Positions 1 through 9,492 of a stretch of DNA of 64,000 bases are shown here, piece by piece. Each line of letters begins with the position of its first letter. Within the stretch, counting starts at the first letter, position 1. The notes beneath the pieces were generated by a model that did not search any database, had not been told where the DNA came from, and saw nothing but the letters and a program-made list of their open reading frames with translations. The translations under genes and the position numbers were made by a program. The stretch is from Candidatus Levybacteria bacterium RIFCSPHIGHO2_02_FULL_40_18 (GTDB lineage Bacteria; Patescibacteriota; Microgenomatia; Levybacterales; GWA1-39-11), in contig MFOC01000007.1 of assembly GCA_001782235.1 (NCBI GenBank), positions 156,040 to 220,039 on the forward strand, given 5' to 3'.

Positions 1-573
1 AGCGTAAAATCCTTGGCGGGAGGTTGTTTCCATCATAAGTTTAAGGTAATGTTCGAAAGATTCTTTTGAATTGTCTTCGCGAATGCGAACTTTGTGCTTT
101 TGCGCAACGTGAATATTGTAGCGAGTCTTTGAGTGCATGGCCGCGAGCAATTCTTGTTCGGTCTTTGTTAAATCGAGAACAAAGGTGTATTTGGTGAACA
201 AGGGATGTGCCGCAGGTTTTAGGTTAGATTTTAGATCATAGATCTTAGATCTTAGATCTGATTTGACGTTGGGTTCGAGTTGGATAAATATACAATTCTC
301 TTGGCGGCCAATTCGAGTTAGTTCTTCGACAATTTCTTCTGTTGGCAAATTACCTTTCGGGAGATAGCCGATGTAGAGTTTTGTTCGAGGAATTTTGTGA
401 AGAGTAAGAGTGAACCCTTCGGCAAGCTTTTTATTTCGAACAAGTCCGCGGCGAATAACTTTGACTCCGGTTTTTTTGCGGAATTCACCCCACTCACAAG
501 CCTGTAACGGATGGCTTACTACCTTATTGTAATCATCTTTCTTATCAGCGTCTATGTCTATAAAGTCTGTCAT
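1..573 (-). CDS. FemAB-family peptidoglycan aminoacyltransferase (FemX/MurM-like); N-terminal part, runs off window start
   Basis: Reverse-strand ORF from ATG at 573..571 reads MTDFIDIDADKKDDYNKVVSHPLQACEWGEFRKKTGVKVIRRG...HSKTRYNIHVAQKHKVRIRED. The HPLQxxEWGEF-type block and overall pattern are typical of the FemAB family. Missing from the ORF track because it runs off the window edge. Confidence 0.5.
   Translation of the reverse strand, partial: MTDFIDIDADKKDDYNKVVSHPLQACEWGEFRKKTGVKVIRRGLVRNKKLAEGFTLTLHKIPRTKLYIGYLPKGNLPTEEIVEELTRIGRQENCIFIQLEPNVKSDLRSKIYDLKSNLKPAAHPLFTKYTFVLDLTKTEQELLAAMHSKTRYNIHVAQKHKVRIREDNSKESFEHYLKLMMETTSRQGFYA
233..261. repeat. AGATCTT-type heptanucleotide tandem repeat (4 units) inside the FemAB-like CDS
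   Basis: agatcat agatctt agatctt agatctg; encodes DLRSKIYDLK in frame. The same AGATCTT x3 core is found again at 1464..1491. Confidence 0.8.
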
Positions 574-636
574 GGTTAGAATGGTTAAAATGGCTGCATG
601 GTTTTTGACCATGTGACCATTCAACTATGTAACTAT

Positions 637-2571
637 TCATAAATATGTTGGTTCGTCCGTATATCGTTCGATATAATTCTTTTTCAAAACGTCCTCCGGG
701 AGCTCGTAAATAAAGCGGGAAATTTGGTTTGAAACAATTTGTCCAAAATATAATCTTCTTTTTGCAAAAACCAGATACAGTTTTTCTTTTGCGCGCGTAA
801 TCCCTACATAACAAAGTCTTCTTTCCTCCTCAAGTTCATGTGCATCCATCAATGATTGACTGTGAGGAAAAAGCCCCTCCTCCATCCCCACAATAAAGAC
901 AATTTTAAATTCAAGTCCTTTTGCTGCATGCACAGTCATAAGTGTTATTGCATCCTTTTCATCCTTAATAATTTTATCTGGCATGCTTGCCCGAAGCGTT
1001 GAAGAGGAGTATTCTTGCTCAACCAATGCAACATTCTCAAGAAACTGCGTAAGACTAGGAAATTCAATGGCAACAGATCTAAGTTCCTTAATGTTTTCTA
1101 TACGCGACTTATCTTCGGAATCTTTTTCGTCATAGAGTGATGGATAGTCCGTTTTTTTCAAAACTTCATCGAGAATTTCGATTGTAGGGTTTTTATCTAA
1201 ATATCCTCCTGCTTTTGCTTCTTCGAAATAATTCATAAAATTCGAAAGTCTCTTTTTGCCAATTTTTGTTATTCTTTTTAGAGCTACTTTATTCTTGGGA
1301 TTCGCAAGATACGAAAGATATGCCAGAACGTCTTTTATTTCCTTTCGCTCGTAGAATCTTGTTCCGCCAATTAAGATGTATGGGATTGAATTATGTAAAA
1401 AAGTTTCTTCAAGCGCGCGTGATTGAGCATTAGTTCTATACAGGATCGCAATATCGGAAAATTGGATCTTAGATCTTAGATCTTGGATCTTTGTGATTTC
1501 TTGAATTATAAATTCTGCTTCGTTGTGCTCGCTTTCTGCCGGAAAAATTATTATATCTTCACCGCTCTGGTTTTGCGTCCATAGAGAAAGTACAGGGTGC
1601 AATGTGTTGTTCGAAATAACGCTTGTAGCGGCATCCAAAATCTTTTGGGTTGAGCGATAGTTTTGAGAAAGAGGAAAAGTTTTTGCTTCCGGGAAATCTC
1701 GTTTGAATTTCTCAAGATTACGAAAATCCGCGCCTCTGAAGGAATATATGCTCTGCGAAAAATCGCCGACAATGCAAATATTTTTAAATTTTCCACCCAA
1801 GAGTTTTGTCAATTGATATTGAGCTTCATTCGTATCTTGATATTCGTCAACCATAACGTATTGAAATTTGTTTTGGTAGGAAGCCAAGAGTTCAGGAACT
1901 TTTTTGAAAAGTTCGATAGTTTTTAAAAGTAGGTCATCGAAGTCAAGAGCATCTTGATCGCGGAGCAAGCCTTGATAGACGGGATAGACTTTTGCAACTA
2001 TTTCCTGAAAATATCCTCGCGCAATAGATTGATACGTTTCTTCATCAATCATCTGGTTTTTGGCTTGCGAAATCATGGAGAGAACTGCCTGGGGTCTTAC
2101 TTCCTTTGGATTTAAATCAAGAAACGAGAATGTTTCTTTCATCGCCTCAAGCTGATCTTGATCATCAAATATTTGAAAACCAATGGGAATTCCAATAGCT
2201 CTTCCGTCTCGTCGCAGAATCTTGGCGCAAAGGGAGTGGAAGGTTCCAACAATTGGCTGCTCGTGAATTTTATTTTGGGCAAATACTTTTGTAATCCGTT
2301 CAAGCATTTCTCCGGCGGCTTTATTCGTGAAAGTGGTCAATAGGATATTTGATGGTCTGACCTTCTTTTCGAGAACTAAATAAAGTACGCGATGCACAAG
2401 GACTCGGGTTTTTCCAGACCCTGCTCCGGCCAAAACGATCATCGGGCCATCTGTATGGACCACTGCCGCTATTTGTTGATCATTTAATTTATCATGCGGG
2501 TCCTGCCACTTCACAAGGCCGCTCGTGTACGTTTTTCTCAGACCCGCTTGGGTGGTTCGGTTGAGTATCAC
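637..2571 (-). CDS. UvrD/PcrA/Rep-type superfamily-1 ATP-dependent DNA helicase
   Basis: Walker A VLAGAGSGKTRVL and SF1 helicase motifs (TFHSLC, VDEYQDTN, LYRTNAQSRALEE, VHAAKGLEF). The track GTG start at 2571 lies inside a repeat element; an alternative GTG at 2514 would start the gene just outside it. Confidence 0.85.
   Translation of the reverse strand: MILNRTTQAGLRKTYTSGLVKWQDPHDKLNDQQIAAVVHTDGPMIVLAGAGSGKTRVLVHRVLYLVLEKKVRPSNILLTTFTNKAAGEMLERITKVFAQNKIHEQPIVGTFHSLCAKILRRDGRAIGIPIGFQIFDDQDQLEAMKETFSFLDLNPKEVRPQAVLSMISQAKNQMIDEETYQSIARGYFQEIVAKVYPVYQGLLRDQDALDFDDLLLKTIELFKKVPELLASYQNKFQYVMVDEYQDTNEAQYQLTKLLGGKFKNICIVGDFSQSIYSFRGADFRNLEKFKRDFPEAKTFPLSQNYRSTQKILDAATSVISNNTLHPVLSLWTQNQSGEDIIIFPAESEHNEAEFIIQEITKIQDLRSKIQFSDIAILYRTNAQSRALEETFLHNSIPYILIGGTRFYERKEIKDVLAYLSYLANPKNKVALKRITKIGKKRLSNFMNYFEEAKAGGYLDKNPTIEILDEVLKKTDYPSLYDEKDSEDKSRIENIKELRSVAIEFPSLTQFLENVALVEQEYSSSTLRASMPDKIIKDEKDAITLMTVHAAKGLEFKIVFIVGMEEGLFPHSQSLMDAHELEEERRLCYVGITRAKEKLYLVFAKRRLYFGQIVSNQISRFIYELPEDVLKKNYIERYTDEPTYL
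1464..1491. repeat. AGATCTT-type heptanucleotide tandem repeat (4 units) inside the helicase CDS
   Basis: ggatctt agatctt agatctt ggatctt; encodes KIQDLRSKIQ in frame. Shares the 21-nt core with the repeat at 233..261. Confidence 0.8.
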
Positions 2572-2676
2572 ACCTTTATTCCCCCTTCGCTAAATGAAAA
2601 TCGCATATTCACATTTATCTATAAAATAATATTTTTCTTGGGCGATTTTCAGTTGTCTTCGAAAAAGCACACTTCC
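2520..2676 (+). repeat. ~155-bp MITE-like / structured element with terminal inverted repeats, copy 1 (copy 2 at 23954..24106)
   Basis: Shared blocks cgctcgtgtacNtttttctcagacccgct and ccttcgctaaatgaaaatcgcatattcac...tttttcttgNgcgattttcagttgtcttcgaaaaa are about 85-90% identical between copies. The ends are inverted (gtgtacNtttttc / gaaaaaNNNacac). An inner stem gaaaatcgc / gcgattttc is also present. Confidence 0.8.
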
Positions 2677-2719
2677 CGGCCTGGAGTCACTTTCAATATG
2701 CAAATTCGCCTTTAATTTA

Positions 2720-2749
2720 TTGAGAATATCATTCATGTGTTGCTATAAT
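2720..2749 (+). promoter_or_regulatory. Candidate sigma70 promoter for tpiA (TTGAGA-18-TGcTATAAT, extended -10)
   Basis: ttgaga at 2720-2725 and tgcTATAAT at 2741-2749, 21 nt upstream of the tpiA ATG. Confidence 0.4.
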
Positions 2750-2770
2750 TGGAATAACTTATATTTTACC

Positions 2771-3430
2771 ATGAAAGATTTACTCATTGTTGCAAACTGG
2801 AAAGAAAACAAAACTTGGGAAGAAGCGCTTGATTTTCTTTCGGAGTTCTCGAAAATTTACGAGCCCAAACCCAATGTAAAAGTAGCGATTTGTCCTCCCT
2901 ATCTCTTGGTGCCGGAAGTTTCAAATTATGTTCGAACGAATAATCTTTCGATTGATGTTGGAGTTCAAAATTTATCAAAATTTGACGAGGGCGCGCACAC
3001 CGGTGAGGTTTCGGCACGCGAGGCGGCGGAATTCGCTCGGTTTGCAATAATTGGGCATTCCGAGAGAAGGGCGCTTGGAGAAACAGATAGTGATGTTAAG
3101 ATGAAAGTCGAAATGGCAATCAAATATAACATTGAACCTATCGTTTGTGTTGTGAACGAAAATGTCCCTATCCCTTCTGGCACAAAAATAGTAGCGTACG
3201 AACCAATCGAGGCAATTGGGACGGGAAATCCCGATACGCCGGAAAACGCCGATAGAGTAGCATCGGCTATAAAATCAAAATACCAAGGAATAATGCATGT
3301 TCTATATGGAGGAAGCGTTACATCTGAAAACGTTCGAAGATTCACACAAATGCAAAACATTGACGGAGTTTTAGTTGGAGGAGCAAGTCTTGATCCAAAA
3401 GAATTTTCCGCAATTGTAAAACAATGCTAA
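2771..3430 (+). CDS. tpiA: Triosephosphate isomerase
   Basis: IANWKEN, AICPP, IIGHSERR and AYEPIEAIGTGNPDTPE (the AYEPxWAIGTG signature). The internal Met MKDLLIV is preferred over the track start at 2720. Confidence 0.85.
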   Translation: MKDLLIVANWKENKTWEEALDFLSEFSKIYEPKPNVKVAICPPYLLVPEVSNYVRTNNLSIDVGVQNLSKFDEGAHTGEVSAREAAEFARFAIIGHSERRALGETDSDVKMKVEMAIKYNIEPIVCVVNENVPIPSGTKIVAYEPIEAIGTGNPDTPENADRVASAIKSKYQGIMHVLYGGSVTSENVRRFTQMQNIDGVLVGGASLDPKEFSAIVKQC

Positions 3431-4575
3431 ATAATTTTTCAAATAAGAAGAAACTCTTTTTGGTCCTACTTGTTCTGTTTATTTTTTCTCTCGGAGTATT
3501 TATTTTATATAAATTCTATTTCAAGCCCGATATTCAACTTAAAACCGAGAAAAAAACAGGCAATATTAATGTTTTGCTTCTTGGCAAAGCGGGCGGTCAG
3601 CATGAAGGCCCGGATTTAACAGACACCATAATTTTAGCAACTATAAATCCTCAAAAAAACGTAGTTAATCTTATCTCAATCCCAAGAGATCTCTGGATAC
3701 CGGACCTTCAAGCGAAAATCAATACAGCATATGCATATGGGCAAGAGAAAGATCGCCAGGGAAAGCTTTTAGCAAAAACGGCCGTAAGTCAGGTTACGGA
3801 AAAACAAATAGACTATGTTTTAGTTGTTGATTTCCAGGCATTCGTAGATTTGATTGATCATATCGGAGGAATTGACGTAGGTGTTAAAACAATTCTTGAT
3901 GATTATAAATACCCAATTGAAGGCCGCGAGGATGATCCTTGTGATCATACGGATGAAGAGATTATAGACCTTTCAGCCCAGATCGCCACCGGGAGCGCCT
4001 TACCAGAAGATGTATTCCCATGTAGATATAAACACATACATTTTGATGCCGGATTAGTTCATATGGACGGAGAACGAGCCCTAGAGTTTGTCCGGTCGCG
4101 CCACGGCACGAATGGTCAAGGGTCGGATTTTGCAAGAAGCATGCGACAGCAAGATGTTATTAATGCGGTAAGGGATAAGACTTTATCTTTGGGAACACTC
4201 CTTAATCCCATTAAGGTTTTAGGTGCTTTCAATATCATTCAAAACAATATTGATACGAATGCAGAGATCCGTGAGTTAGATGATTTCATAAATTTGGCAA
4301 GAAAAATTCAGGGCGCAAAAATAATAAGTACCGTAATAGACATTGGATCCGGGGAAGGACAAAGGCCAGGATTACTTATACATCCTCCCGTGTCAGAAGC
4401 GCAAAAACTTCAGTGGGTATTAATACCAAGAGTAGGAGACGGAAATTTTTCAGAAATTCATGAGTTTATAAAATGCATCGAAGAAGGATTCGAATGTAAA
4501 ATTGAAGAAGACGGCATTAGTAAGAATACCACGAGTATCAAGAGTACCAAAAGTACCAGAAATATAAAAGACTAA
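3424..4575 (+). CDS. LytR-CpsA-Psr (LCP) family cell-envelope phosphotransferase
   Basis: N-terminal TM, then NVLLLGKAGGQHEGPDLTDTIILATINP...ISIPRDLWIP...INTAYAYG...VVDFQAFVDLIDHIGGIDV, which matches LCP domain hallmarks. The last 15 codons lie in a GTATCA-type repeat. Confidence 0.8.
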   Translation: MLNNFSNKKKLFLVLLVLFIFSLGVFILYKFYFKPDIQLKTEKKTGNINVLLLGKAGGQHEGPDLTDTIILATINPQKNVVNLISIPRDLWIPDLQAKINTAYAYGQEKDRQGKLLAKTAVSQVTEKQIDYVLVVDFQAFVDLIDHIGGIDVGVKTILDDYKYPIEGREDDPCDHTDEEIIDLSAQIATGSALPEDVFPCRYKHIHFDAGLVHMDGERALEFVRSRHGTNGQGSDFARSMRQQDVINAVRDKTLSLGTLLNPIKVLGAFNIIQNNIDTNAEIRELDDFINLARKIQGAKIISTVIDIGSGEGQRPGLLIHPPVSEAQKLQWVLIPRVGDGNFSEIHEFIKCIEEGFECKIEEDGISKNTTSIKSTKSTRNIKD

Positions 4576-4587
4576 AGAAAATGGTTG

Positions 4588-4703
4588 TTGGAAATTAGAA
4601 AATAGTAATGGAGATAGGAAAATAGAAAATAGTTTAAAAACCAATTTCTAACATCTAATTTCCATTACCAATTTCTATTTTCTAATAACTAATTTCTAAC
4701 TCC
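4588..4703. repeat. Palindromic GAAATTAG/GAAAATAG/TAATGGA element, copy 1 (family also at 5866..6025 and 63908..64000)
   Basis: Left arm ggaaattagaaaatagtaatggagataggaaaatagaaaatag; right arm is its approximate reverse complement ...ctaatttccattaccaatttctattttctaat. It fills the convergent gap between the LCP gene and the 4713..6980 gene. Confidence 0.75.
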
Positions 4704-4712
4704 TGATACCTT

Positions 4713-6980
4713 TTAGTTGAGTTTATATATCTTTGTCTGCCCGACTTCAAAAACTACATCTCCGAGCTTTTCAAACTTTGCCTCGTTGATATTATTGTAT
4801 TTTTCGCGTTCAAGATTCCCGAGATAAACATATTTGATATTATGTTTTTTTAGAATCTTTTTCGTTTCGTCTAGATCGTTTGATTCGTAAATTAGTCTCA
4901 CTTCCTCAATTCGAGGTGCCGGAATATCATACGTTCCGCGCCAGAGCCATTCGTGAACTGTCCAACCAAGGACCGTCGGGAGTCCTGTGTTTGCCGATAT
5001 TCGGGCGTAATCCGTATAGGAGTCTCCCTGTGCCTCAACAATAACCGGCCTTCCCTCTATATTTTGGTTTAACCACATGATGGCTTTATAATCATCCGGG
5101 AGTCTGTCTTTCATGTAAGCGATTCCGTCAAGTCCGATAAATTTTCTTAAGTCTCCATAATAAGATTTGATTGCAAAGTAAGGATAGACGAAGACCAATA
5201 TTAAAAATAAAATAGCAAGTAGCAAATATACGTAGTAAACCCCGTTAGACCAATACCGTCTAACGGGGTAAATATTAAAAACTTTAAAACCTTTCGGTTT
5301 GAAACTTACGGCCAATCTCACAATAATATAGCCTGATGAGATTGAAAGCATGATGAAGCTTTGATAGACAAGTTTAAACATAGTGTTCGCGCGATAGTGG
5401 GCAGGATAAATGTCTTTCAAATAGATAAGTTCCGGAGTTATAATTAGTATCGAAGAAAGAAGGATCAAAAGAAAGATAAAAACATCCGAAACTTCAACTT
5501 TGAATTTCTTTTTTTGCCTCCTGATAAAAATGATAAAAGATAAAACGAAAAAGTAAAAAAATCCATAGAGCGTTAATAGTTGCCACCAGGTGCTTCTTTG
5601 GCAGTGGTCTTTTTCAAAAAGAAGTGGTCCAATTTGCCCTATATTTTCTAAAAATTTTGGGGGGCAAACCATGCCGATTCCCTGAGCAAACGGCTTAAAA
5701 TTTAAACTAAAAGGGAGCGTGAATAATACAAATAAAAAGAAGAGCGGTATTATTAACTTTGGTTTGCGAATATAAACAAAGACAAAACCGGCAAGAGCCA
5801 TATAAATTAGTCCGTCCCACGCATTAGTCATATACATAATTGCTAGCAAGAGTGCTAGCAATAAAATTCGAAATTCGAAATTCGAAGTTCTATTAAAAAG
5901 AAATTGGTTTATAGAAATTAGAAAATGGTAATAGAAATTAGATATTAGAAATTGGTATTTTTTGCTATTTTCTATTTTCCAGCTTCCATTACTAATTTCA
6001 ATTTTCTTAGAACTATTTTCCCTTCGTGGGGTTCCATGCCTTTGTATTAATAAGGCATAGAGTAGGGCGATTGTTAAGAGTACGAAAGGAATGTCGATTA
6101 CATGGCCGTGTAAATCCGATACGACAAAAGAATAAATGGGGAATTCGTGGATTGTGAAAGGTATAAATCTTGTCGCATTTGGGTACCAGTAACTATTGGG
6201 AAAAGTAGAAAATAAAAATTGTAAATTCCAAAATGGAACCGGCGCGTCAGTATTATATGAGGCAAAAAACGCATATATTGTATGAAGATTTCCAGCTAAA
6301 GCCACAATAAGGCCTGTTAGAAGTCCTCCTATAAAAGCTTTTCTCAGAGATACGACTTTAGACAAGATATTCGTCCCCAAAGAAAATGATAAGGTCAATG
6401 TAAAAGAAAATAAGGTTGCGATCATTAAGTTATATGAAACAGAGGAAGGCACAAAAGAGATTTCTGTCATAACCGCGGTCACAAGGTGTCCAAAGTAATA
6501 ATAATTTATCGGTAACGGCGGGAACCACATATCAACCGCTGGTTGCCACGTTGTTCGAAGAATCGAGTTCACAAATCCAAAATCCATGAACTTCTCAAGA
6601 CCATTAATACTTGGTTCATGCGCACGAATATAGCTCCAGAAGACAATTCCGGCAAAGAAAAGAAATTCTTCGAATAGAAAAATTTTTGCGAAGGGCTTGA
6701 GTTTATCAATCCTATGCTTTTTAAGAATAAAAATATTTCCGATAAGACAAATCCATAAAATTATTGCAAGAGAGAAAACGCCAAAAGGCAAAAGATGTAG
6801 ACTGTTGACCACAAGAATTATGTAGGAAATAATTCCAATTCCAAGAACCTTTGAGAAAAGAAATCCTCGATCCCAAAAATTCTTGAATATTAAAAAAGTT
6901 AATGGCGCAAATACTATTCCCACCAAAAAGAATGAGCCCCACCACTCTAGAATCCAAACAACTTCTTGAAAGCTAAACAT
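4713..6980 (-). CDS. Polytopic membrane protein with Chlor_Arch_YYY / DUF2298-like region (putative GT-C-like glycosyltransferase)
   Basis: Many TM helices; PINYYYFGHL motif; conserved C-terminal soluble domain (GRPVIVEAQGDSYTDYARISANTGLPTVLGWTVHEW). Contains an in-frame repeat-element-derived segment (see 5866..6025). Confidence 0.5.
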   Translation of the reverse strand: MFSFQEVVWILEWWGSFFLVGIVFAPLTFLIFKNFWDRGFLFSKVLGIGIISYIILVVNSLHLLPFGVFSLAIILWICLIGNIFILKKHRIDKLKPFAKIFLFEEFLFFAGIVFWSYIRAHEPSINGLEKFMDFGFVNSILRTTWQPAVDMWFPPLPINYYYFGHLVTAVMTEISFVPSSVSYNLMIATLFSFTLTLSFSLGTNILSKVVSLRKAFIGGLLTGLIVALAGNLHTIYAFFASYNTDAPVPFWNLQFLFSTFPNSYWYPNATRFIPFTIHEFPIYSFVVSDLHGHVIDIPFVLLTIALLYALLIQRHGTPRRENSSKKIEISNGSWKIENSKKYQFLISNFYYHFLISINQFLFNRTSNFEFRILLLALLLAIMYMTNAWDGLIYMALAGFVFVYIRKPKLIIPLFFLFVLFTLPFSLNFKPFAQGIGMVCPPKFLENIGQIGPLLFEKDHCQRSTWWQLLTLYGFFYFFVLSFIIFIRRQKKKFKVEVSDVFIFLLILLSSILIITPELIYLKDIYPAHYRANTMFKLVYQSFIMLSISSGYIIVRLAVSFKPKGFKVFNIYPVRRYWSNGVYYVYLLLAILFLILVFVYPYFAIKSYYGDLRKFIGLDGIAYMKDRLPDDYKAIMWLNQNIEGRPVIVEAQGDSYTDYARISANTGLPTVLGWTVHEWLWRGTYDIPAPRIEEVRLIYESNDLDETKKILKKHNIKYVYLGNLEREKYNNINEAKFEKLGDVVFEVGQTKIYKLN
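5866..6025. repeat. Palindromic GAAATTAG/GAAAATAG element copy embedded in-frame inside CDS 4713..6980
   Basis: aaattcgaaattcgaaattcgaag...gaaattagaaaatggtaatagaaattag...tttttgctattttctattttccag...ccattactaatttc. It shares a 22-nt exact block (ctggaaaatagaaaatagcaaaaa, reverse complement) with the 63908 copy. It is translated as ENSSKKIEISNGSWKIENSKKYQFLISNFYYHFLISINQFLFNRTSNFEFRI. Confidence 0.7.
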
Positions 6981-7566
6981 ATTTTGTAAAGAACTCGGCT
7001 AAATCCTTTATTTGCTTTATATTATTAGGTAAATTTCTTGTCCACCGCTGTCTCGTTCCACTCGCAGCCGGTTTCCCTCGCACTTCGCCGGAGCCGGTGC
7101 TCGGTCCAACCCAGTAAAATTCAATATTCGGATTTTCCTTTGAGAGAAAGAGGAGAAGATCTAAATCGTCATCTATATATTTTTTAATCTTTTCTTTTTT
7201 GATGATGCTATCCTTAAATTTATGAGGCTGTTCGTCCTTCTCATTAAAATAGCATTTTTTAAAATATCCAAAAAGATTATTCTTTTTATCCCAATCGGCT
7301 GTTCGTTGTTTTAAAAATGAAAATCTACTCGAGATTAGATACATATTAGAGAGGCGAGTCTTTTTAAAAAATAGCAGATTGTTTTTTATTGCCGGACGAA
7401 AAATAGGAATATGGGACAAAACTCTTATTTTCTGCTCTAATTTACCGGGGAATCTGTACAAAAGGCTGTTTCTTCTTTGTTTATAGAGCCACTCAATTAA
7501 AAATTTTGGTATGAAAGGAGGACCACTAATAAAGACGCCATCAAGATCAAAGCCTATTTTTGTCAT
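6973..7566 (-). CDS. Hypothetical protein, possibly HAD-superfamily-like (FDLDGV motif)
   Basis: The N-terminal IGFDLDGVF resembles HAD motif I; the rest is unassigned. Contains a GC-rich patch at 7040-7110 encoding WVGPSTGSGEVRGKPAASGTRQRW. Confidence 0.3.
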   Translation of the reverse strand: MTKIGFDLDGVFISGPPFIPKFLIEWLYKQRRNSLLYRFPGKLEQKIRVLSHIPIFRPAIKNNLLFFKKTRLSNMYLISSRFSFLKQRTADWDKKNNLFGYFKKCYFNEKDEQPHKFKDSIIKKEKIKKYIDDDLDLLLFLSKENPNIEFYWVGPSTGSGEVRGKPAASGTRQRWTRNLPNNIKQIKDLAEFFTKYV

Positions 7567-8723
7567 TTTTTCATTCTACCTATTTTCGTATAATACATCA
7601 AATGAGACAAAAAAGATTATTAATTTTTACGGATTTTTTTACTCCTCATTGGACAGGAGTGTCAAAATCTATTGACTATTTAACCAAAGGAATAGGTAAT
7701 CATTACAAAATTACTGTCCTGACAGTAAGATTTGATAAGTCTTTAAAAAAGAAAGAGAATCTTGGGAGAGTCCGAGTGTTGAGAGAGGATTTTGCCTTTG
7801 CACTAAGCAGAAGCAAATATTCTGTTAGGATCATATTTAGGTTTCTTGGGATTGTAAAAAATTTTGATGTCGTTGTTATCAATTCTCCTTCATCCAATAT
7901 ACTCCCAATAGCAATAATAACTAAGATTTTTGGCAAGAAATTAATTATTTTTCATCAAGGGGACTTGATATTGCCGAAAGGATTTATAAATAGAATAATA
8001 GAGAAGATTTTTGACATATCTTGCTATTTTTCTTTTTTAATCTCTGACAAAGTTTCAACATATACCGCAGACTACGGGAAGAACTCAAGGGTTATTAGGA
8101 ATTTTTTATCAAAATTTGAACCGATGCTTGTACCGATTTATTTAACTAAAACAACAGATAAAATCAGATTAATTCAGGATCTTAAAAAAGAAAAGTTATA
8201 TATATTTGGGTTTGCCGGAAGATTTGTTGAAGAGAAAGGGTTTGATATCTTACTTGATGCAATTCCGGCCGTTATAAAAGAAAGAAAAGATGTTAAATTT
8301 GTATTTGCTGGGGAGGCTAATATAACCTATGAAAATTTTTACCAAAAAAATCAAGATAAACTTTCAAGGATCAACGAGCACGTGATAATTTTGGGACTTT
8401 TAGGCGAATACGATATTGTGAAATTTTATAATTCGCTAGATTTTCTTATTGTGCCTTCTCGCTCGGATTGTTTTAATTTAGTTCAAGCAGAGGCAATGGT
8501 AAGAGGCATTCCATCAATAGTTTCTAATATACCCGGAGCGAGATTTTTAGTTGATGAAACTTCCTTTGGATTAAAATTTAAGCTAGAAGACTCAAGCGAT
8601 CTTGGGAAAGCGATATTAAGTGCGATAAAAAATAAAGATATGTTTAAAAAGAAGTGGATTAAAGTTAAGGAGATATTAAATAATAATCAAAATGTTAAAA
8701 AAATTGAAGATATTATTGGATAA
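7560..8723 (+). CDS. Glycosyltransferase family 4 (GT-B, Glycos_transf_1)
   Basis: FGFAGRFVEEKGFDILLDA...FVFAGE...LIVPSRSDCFNLVQAEAMVRGIPSIVSNIPG, i.e. the GT4 E-x7-E region. Confidence 0.8.
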   Translation: MSFFHSTYFRIIHQMRQKRLLIFTDFFTPHWTGVSKSIDYLTKGIGNHYKITVLTVRFDKSLKKKENLGRVRVLREDFAFALSRSKYSVRIIFRFLGIVKNFDVVVINSPSSNILPIAIITKIFGKKLIIFHQGDLILPKGFINRIIEKIFDISCYFSFLISDKVSTYTADYGKNSRVIRNFLSKFEPMLVPIYLTKTTDKIRLIQDLKKEKLYIFGFAGRFVEEKGFDILLDAIPAVIKERKDVKFVFAGEANITYENFYQKNQDKLSRINEHVIILGLLGEYDIVKFYNSLDFLIVPSRSDCFNLVQAEAMVRGIPSIVSNIPGARFLVDETSFGLKFKLEDSSDLGKAILSAIKNKDMFKKKWIKVKEILNNNQNVKKIEDIIG

Positions 8724-9492
8724 CGAGATAGATCCGGCATACGCAAAAAGAGCAGAGTTTATTTTTCAAACCGTCGAGCGCGAAAAACCAAAAAGGATTC
8801 TTGATGTTGGATGCGGAAGAGGATTTTACGTAAACGCACTATCGCTTTACGATTTTCCCAAAGAAATCATAGGACTAGATATAAATAAAGAGTACCTTGA
8901 GGAAGCAAGAAGATATGCGAGTGATATGCGAGCAAAATTTATTAGGAAATCTGTTTATTCCATTAATTACACCAATAACTATTTTGATTTAGTGATTTGC
9001 TCAGAGCTTCTTGAACATCTCTCGTATGATAAGAAAGCCCTATCAGAGATTTTTCGGGTTTTAAAAAAAGGAGGAACACTTATTGTAACGGTGCCAAGCG
9101 AGGACTTTCCACTGTTTTGGGATCCGGTGAACTGGGTTTTGATGCGTTTTTTTAACACCCATATAAACAAAGATGTATGGTTTTTGGCAGGAATATGGGC
9201 AGGACATGAAAGGCTTTATAACATGAAGAATCTTTCAAGAATTATTGAAGAAGCAGGATTTTCAATTCTTGAGATGAGCGGGGTAATTTCTTTCTCTTGG
9301 CCTTTCTCCCATTTTCTTTTATACGGTTTAGGTAAAAATATTGTAGAGAGATTAAATGTGAAAAGCCTAAACAGGTTTGAACTTAAAAAAAATAATATTA
9401 AGATTTTTTTGGCAAAATTATTTTCTTATCCAACCAAACTTAGCATAGGCGATTCTTCTGTGGACATTATTGTTCTTGCAAAAAAGAATTAA
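8692..9492 (+). CDS. Class I SAM-dependent methyltransferase
   Basis: ILDVGCGRGFY (motif I), LVICSELLEHL, VLKKGGTLIVTVP. Overlaps the GT4 gene by 32 nt. Confidence 0.8.
   Translation: MLKKLKILLDNEIDPAYAKRAEFIFQTVEREKPKRILDVGCGRGFYVNALSLYDFPKEIIGLDINKEYLEEARRYASDMRAKFIRKSVYSINYTNNYFDLVICSELLEHLSYDKKALSEIFRVLKKGGTLIVTVPSEDFPLFWDPVNWVLMRFFNTHINKDVWFLAGIWAGHERLYNMKNLSRIIEEAGFSILEMSGVISFSWPFSHFLLYGLGKNIVERLNVKSLNRFELKKNNIKIFLAKLFSYPTKLSIGDSSVDIIVLAKKN

Noticed and set aside
545-814. 89-aa minus-strand ORF spanning the FemAB-like / helicase junction
   Set aside because: It overlaps the 3' end of the helicase and the start of the FemAB-like gene in another frame. The FemAB-like frame (ATG at 573) gives a recognisable family match instead.
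1551-1926. Short antisense/overlapping ORFs inside the helicase gene (81 and 87 aa), and similar overlapping ORFs inside tpiA, groEL, dnaK, clpC, pilB and other long genes
   Set aside because: They are embedded in alternative frames of well-supported long genes and lack conservation features. These are standard shadow ORFs.
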